Shown here piece after piece: positions 56,572 to 64,000 of a stretch of 64,000 bases of DNA. Where the stretch lies: the IMG/VR virus record IMGVR_UViG_3300025840_000013; one strand, given 5' to 3'. Numbering within the stretch: position 1 is the stretch's first letter; each line of letters starts with the position of its first letter. The notes beneath the pieces were generated by a model. The model was not told the origin of the DNA, searched no databases, and saw nothing but the letters and a program-made list of their open reading frames with translations. The position numbers and the translations under genes are program-made. The stretch is from a virus.

Positions 56572-57162
56572 TTATGGGCCGGTTACAGTAAGCTCTGGGC
56601 CGGTTACAGTAAGCTGTACACGTTTATTCGCCTCCTCTTTACTATATTCAGAACGATATTTTCTGTAGAACATCGTAATCTGACATTGCGCCGGTTCTTC
56701 GTTTGCATATGCATATTCAACTGGGCCTATAGATAATGGATATAGATTCTCAAATGTTACAGTGTGTGTTCTCTCATCGTTTTTATTATATGTAATGAGC
56801 TCTGCCTGTGGTGCCACATAGTCGTTATAATATGAAATTTTATGTGTAGTAAAATCTATAACTTGGTGAAACCAATCTTCAAACCAATCTCTTTCTTTTA
56901 AGTTATCGCTCAAATATATACTAAATGTCAATTGATCGTATGTAGTTGTGTATGGTGCCATTCTTATAGGGCCATAAATTTTTGTTTCCGTTGTTGAAAT
57001 GGTTTTCCCTGGCAAAGAAATTGATGGAACACGAAATTTTAATAAATTGTCTGGATTTGTTAGAAACGACTTCGGCGGTGGTTTAATTCTAAGTTCATAA
57101 CGATTTGCCTGAGTAAGGCCAGATTTTGAAATGTTTGCAATAAAATCTTCTATTGATGCCAT
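56572..57162 (-). CDS. Tail-tube-fold baseplate protein (gp54/gp19-like)
   Basis: NRYEL, SLPGKTIST, YDQLTFSIY, FEDW, YPLSIGPVEY. Confidence 0.7.
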   Translation of the reverse strand: MASIEDFIANISKSGLTQANRYELRIKPPPKSFLTNPDNLLKFRVPSISLPGKTISTTETKIYGPIRMAPYTTTYDQLTFSIYLSDNLKERDWFEDWFHQVIDFTTHKISYYNDYVAPQAELITYNKNDERTHTVTFENLYPLSIGPVEYAYANEEPAQCQITMFYRKYRSEYSKEEANKRVQLTVTGPELTVTGP

Positions 57163-57738
57163 TTATGATCTCCTAGCAGAATCTGACCAAACTTTCGAAG
57201 CAGCGGCCTTTTTGAATTTTTGTACTGGTAAAAACAATGCGATGTCCCATTCATTTGCCTCAATTTTTACAAACTTTGATCTAACATGAGTAAACAAGTA
57301 TTTTTTGAGACAAGGTTTTATGACATTATATTTAGACAGACCTTTTAGAACATTATAAGATAATCTGAGTCTTGTTGTTGAATCATATCTTTTGTTCGAT
57401 GCAATTTCAGATAATGCATTCATTACAACGATTCTATTTCTTGGCGAAACATAGTGCAAGTTAATTCCAACAAACCCCCCAGATATTCTTTCTACCATAA
57501 AGATAAGTGGAAATTCATCGTAATATGGCAACTTCTTTGCATACTTAGGGTCATATTGATAACAATACATACTACCAATATTAGGTGTTGCTGCAGAACG
57601 ATCCCCATCGCCCAATAGGGATGCCCTTGTGATTCTCGTTTCTCTTGCCTTTTTTCTAAACCACTCCCTTGCTTTATCAGTATTTGGTCTAATGTTTCGA
57701 GCAGCGAGTCTATTTAATAGTGGTGTAAAGTCTGTCAT
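57163..57738 (-). CDS. 2: DNA end protector gp2
   Basis: YDPKYAKKLPYYDEFPL, GINLHY, PCLKKYLFTHVRS, LPVQKF. Confidence 0.9.
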   Translation of the reverse strand: MTDFTPLLNRLAARNIRPNTDKAREWFRKKARETRITRASLLGDGDRSAATPNIGSMYCYQYDPKYAKKLPYYDEFPLIFMVERISGGFVGINLHYVSPRNRIVVMNALSEIASNKRYDSTTRLRLSYNVLKGLSKYNVIKPCLKKYLFTHVRSKFVKIEANEWDIALFLPVQKFKKAAASKVWSDSARRS

Positions 57739-57758
57739 TCGTTTATGCCGTTTTTTAC

Positions 57759-57766
57759 TATTTATA
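57759..57766 (-). promoter_or_regulatory. T4-type late promoter TATAAATA
   Basis: TATTTATA on + strand between genes 4 and 2. Confidence 0.75.
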
Positions 57767-57771
57767 TCGTT

Positions 57772-58215
57772 TTATTGAGCGAGTTGATCTTCTGTTAAAA
57801 TTTTAAATTCCCACTTCCTATCTTCGCAAAATTCTTTCGCATATTTCCACTTGGCCTCGTTAATACTCCATGTTTTCATTTCACTCAAATATCTTGGTGT
57901 AATCTTGGTTCGCTTTCTTGGGGGTTTGGTTTCTTTTTTTGGTTTTACTTCGATAACAATGGTTCTTGATTTATTTTCTTCTTGGATTCTTATTACAAAA
58001 TCTGGATAATATTTGTGTTGTTTTCTGTCCACTGGTGAAATGTAAGGTATTACTAATTCTTCGCTCGACCAGAAAGTGATTGCTTCGTTGTTGTCGCAAT
58101 ACACCATAAACCTTCTTTCCCATGAAGAACGATATATAATGTTATTCACATTTCCTGCATATTTTTCTGGATTTACTGGTTTGTATTTTCCTCTATAAGT
58201 AAATCTTTTTCTCAC
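57772..58215 (-). CDS. 4: Head completion nuclease gp4
   Basis: YKPVNPEKY, YRSSWE, WSSEE, YYPDF, IEVKP, NEAKW. Confidence 0.92.
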   Translation of the reverse strand: MRKRFTYRGKYKPVNPEKYAGNVNNIIYRSSWERRFMVYCDNNEAITFWSSEELVIPYISPVDRKQHKYYPDFVIRIQEENKSRTIVIEVKPKKETKPPRKRTKITPRYLSEMKTWSINEAKWKYAKEFCEDRKWEFKILTEDQLAQ

Positions 58216-58229
58216 TTCATAAAAACCTT

Positions 58230-58237
58230 TATAAATA
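58230..58237 (+). promoter_or_regulatory. T4-type late promoter TATAAATA for the baseplate operon
   Basis: exact motif upstream of 58267. Confidence 0.75.
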
Positions 58238-58266
58238 GTACTAAAATATTTAGGAGCAAGTATTTA

Positions 58267-59112
58267 ATGGCCGCATCAGACTCACCATCCACTTTGACGC
58301 AACAGAGACAACAGGTTGCAGCAGGCGGGGAAACTTATATATATCCAATGTCATTGCATGAACATGAAGAAGTTGTGGAGATGAAAGATTTTGTTAGATT
58401 TACTGCATATAAAGGCGAGCAGCCTGGCTACACAACCATGCAGACAAGAGGAACTGCAGTTGATCTTGAGAAAATAGGGAGTGTTACTCTTCATCTTCCA
58501 GAAAATATTGAAAATTCAACAAAATCCCAATTTGAAGGTGCAGACAGTGGCGCCTTGGGGTTGATGGGTAAAACTGGTGCAGTAGCAGGCGAAGATAATG
58601 GATTCTTAGACAAAGTACTCAATCTTGGTGGGGAACTTTCATTATCGGCAACGCAATTTGCAGGAGGCCTTGCATTTGGTGGAGATGGTAATTTGCAGTC
58701 TCAAGTTATTGGTGGTAGAGTTTCTGGTGCGAATAAACATATGTTATTCAGAGGAATTGATTTTAGGGCATTCAATTATCAATATAGTATTCTTCCAAGG
58801 TCAGCAAAAGAATCTATTGAAATTAATAACATGATAAAATTTTTAAGAAAGAATATGCTTCCAGAAATGACAGGCCTAAATTTTTTCCAAGTTCCCAATA
58901 CATTTACTGTTGAATACTACTTGGGTGGTAGACCTGCCGAGTTTCTTCACAAAATCAAACCATGTGTATTAACTGACTGTACTGTTAAATATGGTGGCAA
59001 CGGTGCGTTTGCAACTTTCAATGAAACAGATGCTCCTGCAGTTATTGAGCTATCTCTGACTTTCCAAGAGATTCAGTTGGTTACTTCTTCAGACGCAGCG
59101 GAGGGTTACTAA
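58267..59112 (+). CDS. 48: Baseplate tail-tube cap gp48
   Basis: LFRGIDFRAFNYQY..LPRSAKES, PCVLT...VKY, LSLTFQE. Confidence 0.75.
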   Translation: MAASDSPSTLTQQRQQVAAGGETYIYPMSLHEHEEVVEMKDFVRFTAYKGEQPGYTTMQTRGTAVDLEKIGSVTLHLPENIENSTKSQFEGADSGALGLMGKTGAVAGEDNGFLDKVLNLGGELSLSATQFAGGLAFGGDGNLQSQVIGGRVSGANKHMLFRGIDFRAFNYQYSILPRSAKESIEINNMIKFLRKNMLPEMTGLNFFQVPNTFTVEYYLGGRPAEFLHKIKPCVLTDCTVKYGGNGAFATFNETDAPAVIELSLTFQEIQLVTSSDAAEGY

Positions 59113-59780
59113 TGTTTAGTTATCTAGAAAAAAAGAAATATGATTTGATGTTGAATGGAAAACCAAAAAATGTAACTAATATTTTTCAAAATGCATATAT
59201 CCTAGAAAAATATAGAGAAGATCCTCTTTCGCATTATGAGTATACTGTCAGGGATGAAGACACGCCAGAAACAATTGCACATTTATACTATGGAAGTCAT
59301 ACTTATGGTTGGGTTATTTTGTGGATGAACGATATTTCAAATGTTTACGATGATTGGCCAATGACAAGTAGAACACTACAAACTCATATCGAAACTGTTT
59401 ATGGGGCTCCCGCTTATGCAGGGTCAAATTTTTATCCAAGAATATTTAAAACTGGTGATTATATTTATGACACATTAGAACAAAAAGTTTTTGTCAGAAG
59501 AAATGACAGATGGGAAATTGTACTCAATGATTATTCTGCAAGCAATTTAAATGGATTGTCTATTTCAAGGAATATTCCTATTCATTATACTCATGATGTA
59601 TTGGGACATAAAATATCTCCAGACACATATAATCTTCTTACTCCACAGGATAAGAAAAAATATACAATCTATAGTGCATACGATTATGAACATGATAAGA
59701 ATGAAAAGAATAGAGTGATTAAATTAATGAGAGCAAATTTATTAAATGATTTTCTTTTGAGATTTGAAGAGGTTCTTTAA
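59112..59780 (+). CDS. 53: Baseplate wedge gp53 (LysM-like)
   Basis: YTVRDEDTPETIAHLYYG...WVILWMN...DWP, YDYE..KNE..RVIK. Confidence 0.85.
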   Translation: MFSYLEKKKYDLMLNGKPKNVTNIFQNAYILEKYREDPLSHYEYTVRDEDTPETIAHLYYGSHTYGWVILWMNDISNVYDDWPMTSRTLQTHIETVYGAPAYAGSNFYPRIFKTGDYIYDTLEQKVFVRRNDRWEIVLNDYSASNLNGLSISRNIPIHYTHDVLGHKISPDTYNLLTPQDKKKYTIYSAYDYEHDKNEKNRVIKLMRANLLNDFLLRFEEVL

Positions 59781-61060
59781 TGTCAGATACATTTAAGTTA
59801 GGTGATTACAATATTCGTAAATTCACTATTCGTTCACATAACGGATTTGAATTAGACCTTAAAAGATATTTTACATCAATTCGCATTTTTGAAGATATAC
59901 TATCGTCTAGTATTACGGCGACAGTTAGTTTTATGGATGTAGAAGATATGTTAACTTTTATGCCAATTGTTGGACAAGAAGAAGTTTCTTTAGATTTTGA
60001 AGTTCCAGAGTGGAAAAATATTAAGTTGGATTTCCTTGTTCATAAAATATCTGAACTAACAGATGATGAGGGAACTCAGACTTATAATTTAGAATTAATT
60101 TCAAAAGATTTTGCAAAAAATTTTGAAGAAAAAGTGTCGGAATATTTTCAAGGAAGTTCTACAGATATTGCACAAACCATTTTTTCAAGACTTGGTAGTT
60201 CAAAGAGTCTTTCTGTAGAATCAAGTAGTGACCAGTACAGTGGTGATAATGGATTGGTAATTCCAAATTATACTCCAATGAAAAGTATTTCATTTTTATG
60301 TAATAAAGCATTCAGTGAGACATATAAAAGTTCTTCGTATATGTTTTTTGAAACAACAAAAGAATATGTTATGAAACCGTTAGAAATGCTAACACAGGCA
60401 GAACCAAAGAATAAATTCATCGTTGGTGCATACAAAAGTGCTGGGGCAAAAGAACTTGATGATATTTCAACAAATGTTGAAAATAAGAAAGTAATTAGTT
60501 TTAATTTTGATTCAAACTTCGATGTGCTTGGAAATATTACAAAGGGGTTTTATAATTCAGAAGTTTATGCTGTGGATTTACTAACACGACAGGTTAATAA
60601 TTATACACACTCATATTGGGAAAATTATGGAGACTACAAGTACTTGGACAGTAATACTTTTCAAGATACTACTGGACAAGGAATGCAATATAAACCAAAA
60701 AACTTATATGTTGTTCCAGAAAGAGACTTGCAGGGTGGGAATCCTACATTCAATCAGGAAAAACTCTTTCTTCCAAGATTGTTTTATATGCAGTTGATGA
60801 AAAACATAAAAGTAACTATTACTGTTTTTGGAGATACTGATGTTTGTGCTGGAGATATCTTAGAACTTGAAATGCCAATATATCAAAGAGATAACACAGG
60901 AACAAACAAATATTATAGTGGAAAGTATTTAGTGTTTGCAATTAGACATAGAATTGAGGGTGGAAGATATCAAACTGACATTGAGTTGGTTAGAGATAGT
61001 ATCGGACTTCCGTTACCAGCGGAACAGCCAACGCCTCCATCAGGTGGGAGTATACAATAA
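59780..61060 (+). CDS. Baseplate hub protein (gp27-like)
   Basis: IFEDI, PIVGQE, YMFFET, GDTDVCAGD, YSGKYLV..IRH; position before gp5. Confidence 0.65.
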   Translation: MSDTFKLGDYNIRKFTIRSHNGFELDLKRYFTSIRIFEDILSSSITATVSFMDVEDMLTFMPIVGQEEVSLDFEVPEWKNIKLDFLVHKISELTDDEGTQTYNLELISKDFAKNFEEKVSEYFQGSSTDIAQTIFSRLGSSKSLSVESSSDQYSGDNGLVIPNYTPMKSISFLCNKAFSETYKSSSYMFFETTKEYVMKPLEMLTQAEPKNKFIVGAYKSAGAKELDDISTNVENKKVISFNFDSNFDVLGNITKGFYNSEVYAVDLLTRQVNNYTHSYWENYGDYKYLDSNTFQDTTGQGMQYKPKNLYVVPERDLQGGNPTFNQEKLFLPRLFYMQLMKNIKVTITVFGDTDVCAGDILELEMPIYQRDNTGTNKYYSGKYLVFAIRHRIEGGRYQTDIELVRDSIGLPLPAEQPTPPSGGSIQ

Positions 61061-63360
61061 TGGATATGAATATGTTTTCGGGTAGAGAGGGAATGGTTTG
61101 GTGGCAGGGTGTTATCGAAGACGTAAAAGACCCAGAAGCTCTTGGCCGAGTAAAAGTTAGAATTATTGGATGGCATACTGCAGACAAGGCACTTCTTCCT
61201 ACAGAAAAACTTCCATGGGCATCTCCAATCATGCCTATTACCAGTTCATCTACTGGTGGTATCGGACAATCTCCAACGGGCGCAATGCCGGGTGCTTGGG
61301 TTATGGGATTTTTTAGAGATGGAGAACAAGGTCAAGATCCTATAATTTTTGGAACAGTTTATGGACGCCCAACAGAGGGTTCCGAAACAAATGCAGATGG
61401 AACATATCCTTCAGAAAGTGGGTCAGTATTCGGTGGTTCTACTAAAAATGAATCTGATGTTAATAGACTTGCAAGGGGTGTAAGTGATAGTACATCTAAT
61501 ACAAATGGTGGAGATGAAAATACATCTTCTTCTGGAAATGCGACTGAATGTGGAAAAGAAGTTAACCAAGATGGTGTTTCAAGTGATAAAGAAAATAGAA
61601 AAAGACTTAGTAAGATTACTACAAAGTCTGGAAAGAGTGCTTGGGTTGCTACAGTATTTAAAGATCAGTTCCAAGGATTTGTGAATGAACTTGAGAGTAC
61701 AGGGTATGTTATTAAAAGTATTGGTGGATATGCATATCGAAAAAATGTAAACAATCCAAGTAGATTTAGTTATCATGCTAGTGGTGCCGCAATTGATATT
61801 AATCCCGCCGAGAATCCTAATGGGAATACTTTGATAACAGATATGCCAGACGGCGTATCTTCTATTGCAAAGAAATATGGTTTAGGTTGGGGCGGCGATT
61901 GGAATAGTGTTAAGGACGCAATGCATTTTAGTGCTGCATCTGGAGAAAGAGGTTCTACTCCTTTAAAACGAAACGGTATTGTTCCTGACCCATCATCAGG
62001 CAGTCAAACCGAAAGTTCTTCTGGTGGTGGTACTGATAAGCCAGGAGAGAGTCAAGAATGTGATACCGTAACAACCAGTGAATCGGGTGCAACTTCTAGT
62101 AGGTCTGCAGATACAGCGGCGCAACAACAAAGTCAGGCACCATCTGCAAGTGCAACACAATGGTCTGCTGGAAAATCTTATAATGAAGGTGATTTGGTGA
62201 AATCGCCGCCACTAGAAGAGGGAGAAGAGTCTGGCGGGCCTCCATACACAATGCGTTCTGGAACTTTGGCGGCCGCCGAAGCACTTGGAATCAGTGCGAT
62301 TGATCTTGCAACAGTGATGTCATACGAAACTGGCGGCACACTCGATCCTCAGAAAAGAGGGCCTACCACTAAATGGGGTCAACACAGAGGACTTATTCAA
62401 TTCGGAGAGCCGCAGGCAAAGCAATACGGTGTAGACTTCAGTACTCCACAAACAGCAATAGACACTCAACTTGGCCCAAGCGGTGCTGTGGTTAAGTATT
62501 TACGAGATAAGGGTGTCAGGCCTGGCATGGGTAGACTAGAAGTTTATTCTGCAATCAATGCTGGTGGTATCGGAGAAAAGTATTATAGTCGCTCAGATAC
62601 CGCAGCTGGCGGGGCAGCAGGGACTGTAAGAGACAAAGTAAACAATCAGATGGAAGGACATGAAAGAAACGCCAAGCGTCTTCTAGCGGGTTCTAATGAC
62701 AGTACATTTGTCCAACAAAAAACATTTATTGCTAAAAATTCTGGAACTTCTGATGCAGAAGGTGATGGCCCAACTTCATCAAGTTTAAAAGATGGTGACA
62801 TTCTTTGGGAAGTATATGAAGATCCATTACCAGTGATTGATGATGCAGTGGAAGAAGGTAGTGTGGTAGATGTGGATCAGTCTCCATCAACATTTAATGC
62901 AAACTCTGGCAACTCTTCATATGGACAGGACACATATAATCCACGTTCTATTGTCGAAATGAAAAAGGAAAGTACTGAAAGTACAGAACTATTTGATGAA
63001 CCACCAACTCCATACGCTGCAGAGTATCCACACAACAAAGTGTTATCTACTGAGTCTGGACACCATCAAGAGTTTGATGACACGCCCGGCGCAGAAAGAA
63101 TACATACATATCATAGGTCTGGAACATTTGAAGAAATACATCCAGATGGTTCTGTGGTCACAAAAGTTGTTAAGGATAATTATGAAATTATCTTTGGTAA
63201 TAATAATATTTACGTTAAGGGAACGATTAACGTTGTTGTAGATGCAGATGTAAATATTAGAGTGGGTGGCAATGTCGATGCGAAAGTCGGTGGAACAATT
63301 GATACCGAATCTGGTGGGAATACCACAATAAAAGCACCAAACATTCATTTAAATCCATAA
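61060..63360 (+). CDS. 5: Baseplate hub/needle gp5 with M15 peptidase and lysozyme-like domains
   Basis: WWQGVIED..DP..LGRVKVR OB fold; SYHASGAAIDIN...DAMHF; SYETGGT...GLIQF; YPHNKV..TESGH..EFDDTPG.ERI and beta-helix. Confidence 0.9.
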   Translation: MDMNMFSGREGMVWWQGVIEDVKDPEALGRVKVRIIGWHTADKALLPTEKLPWASPIMPITSSSTGGIGQSPTGAMPGAWVMGFFRDGEQGQDPIIFGTVYGRPTEGSETNADGTYPSESGSVFGGSTKNESDVNRLARGVSDSTSNTNGGDENTSSSGNATECGKEVNQDGVSSDKENRKRLSKITTKSGKSAWVATVFKDQFQGFVNELESTGYVIKSIGGYAYRKNVNNPSRFSYHASGAAIDINPAENPNGNTLITDMPDGVSSIAKKYGLGWGGDWNSVKDAMHFSAASGERGSTPLKRNGIVPDPSSGSQTESSSGGGTDKPGESQECDTVTTSESGATSSRSADTAAQQQSQAPSASATQWSAGKSYNEGDLVKSPPLEEGEESGGPPYTMRSGTLAAAEALGISAIDLATVMSYETGGTLDPQKRGPTTKWGQHRGLIQFGEPQAKQYGVDFSTPQTAIDTQLGPSGAVVKYLRDKGVRPGMGRLEVYSAINAGGIGEKYYSRSDTAAGGAAGTVRDKVNNQMEGHERNAKRLLAGSNDSTFVQQKTFIAKNSGTSDAEGDGPTSSSLKDGDILWEVYEDPLPVIDDAVEEGSVVDVDQSPSTFNANSGNSSYGQDTYNPRSIVEMKKESTESTELFDEPPTPYAAEYPHNKVLSTESGHHQEFDDTPGAERIHTYHRSGTFEEIHPDGSVVTKVVKDNYEIIFGNNNIYVKGTINVVVDADVNIRVGGNVDAKVGGTIDTESGGNTTIKAPNIHLNP

Positions 63361-63369
63361 GAGGAAGTC

Positions 63370-63885
63370 ATGTCAAATTTAAGTAGTGCAGAAGAAAGAC
63401 TTGGGATATTACCATCTAAGAGAGATCAATATATTGATTTTGATCTAACGTTTAGACGAAATCCAGTCAGTGGAGATGTTTTAATCAAAAAAGATATTGG
63501 TTCAATAAATCAAAGTATTAAAAATATTTTATTGACTAATAAACTCGAAAAACCATTTAAACCAAGGTTCGGTGGAAATATTTACAACACTTTATTTGAT
63601 TTAATGACGAATTGGGATTATAAGGGTTCGCCGCATGACATAAATATGCAAGAAGAGATAAAACTTGCGTTAAAAATACATGAACCAAGGATAGTAGTTT
63701 CTGATGTTAATTTTTTCTCTAGAGAAAGAGTTATGTCATCGTTGAAAGGAATAAAGACAGAAGACGAAAGAATGAGACAGGCACAGTTAGTAGATAATAA
63801 TACCTTAGAAGTTAGTATAGTATACAATGTCCCTGCATCCGAAGAAGATATAACATTTCAATTTAGTATAAAAAGAGTACGATAA
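63370..63885 (+). CDS. 25: Baseplate wedge gp25
   Basis: DFDLTF..NPVSGD, SIKNILLT...EKPF.P.FG, HEPRI. Confidence 0.9.
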   Translation: MSNLSSAEERLGILPSKRDQYIDFDLTFRRNPVSGDVLIKKDIGSINQSIKNILLTNKLEKPFKPRFGGNIYNTLFDLMTNWDYKGSPHDINMQEEIKLALKIHEPRIVVSDVNFFSRERVMSSLKGIKTEDERMRQAQLVDNNTLEVSIVYNVPASEEDITFQFSIKRVR

Positions 63886-64000
63886 ATGGCCAAAAATATA
63901 AACATATCAGATTTAAGTTTTGATGGAATAAAAGACAATATCAAAAAATACATGGAGAATGATAAAGTTTTCAAAGATTATAACTTTGAAGGCTCTGCAT
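63886..64000 (+). CDS. 6: Baseplate wedge gp6 (5' part, truncated by window)
   Basis: ISDLSFDGIKDNIKKY...FKDYNFEGS. Confidence 0.8.
   Translation, partial: MAKNINISDLSFDGIKDNIKKYMENDKVFKDYNFEGSA

Noticed and set aside
56573-56617. Tandem repeat GGGCCGGTTACAGTAAGCT at the end of the gp54-like gene
   Set aside because: Short in-frame duplication (LTVTGP twice) at a C-terminus; no sign of further function

Overview
AT-rich 64 kb segment of a T4-like myovirus genome, most likely marine and infecting an alphaproteobacterium (inferred from a permuted alpha-type tmRNA and DUF1127 genes). Layout: (1) minus-strand tail-fibre/virion genes (1-4391). (2) An accessory block with MazG-like protein, guaC, a lipase, a lipoprotein metalloprotease and a curli-like module: csgF, csgG, two curlin-repeat proteins, a FecR-domain protein and a CHASE2 class III nucleotide cyclase, followed by iscA (4.4-17.8 kb). 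(3) A long early region of small genes behind many near-consensus sigma70 promoters, including a DUF262-HNH protein, SleB-type hydrolase, endonuclease VII-like and RNase H-like genes (17.9-39.2 kb). (4) Five tRNAs interleaved with unexplained structured RNA-like segments, plus SET, hydroxylase, peroxiredoxin, Mom-like and endolysin genes and a two-piece tmRNA (39.2-46 kb). (5) phoH, an exonuclease and genes 33, 59, 32. (6) The baseplate/tail module: tape-measure-like gene, 51, 26, 54-like, 2, 4, 48, 53, 27-like, 5, 25 and the start of 6. Best candidates for new biology: the curli-pore/FecR/CHASE2-cyclase trans-envelope module, a probable -1 frameshift fusing gp26 to gp51, the permuted phage tmRNA, and the ncRNA-like folds between the tRNAs. 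All calls are from motif recognition by eye; no searches were run.
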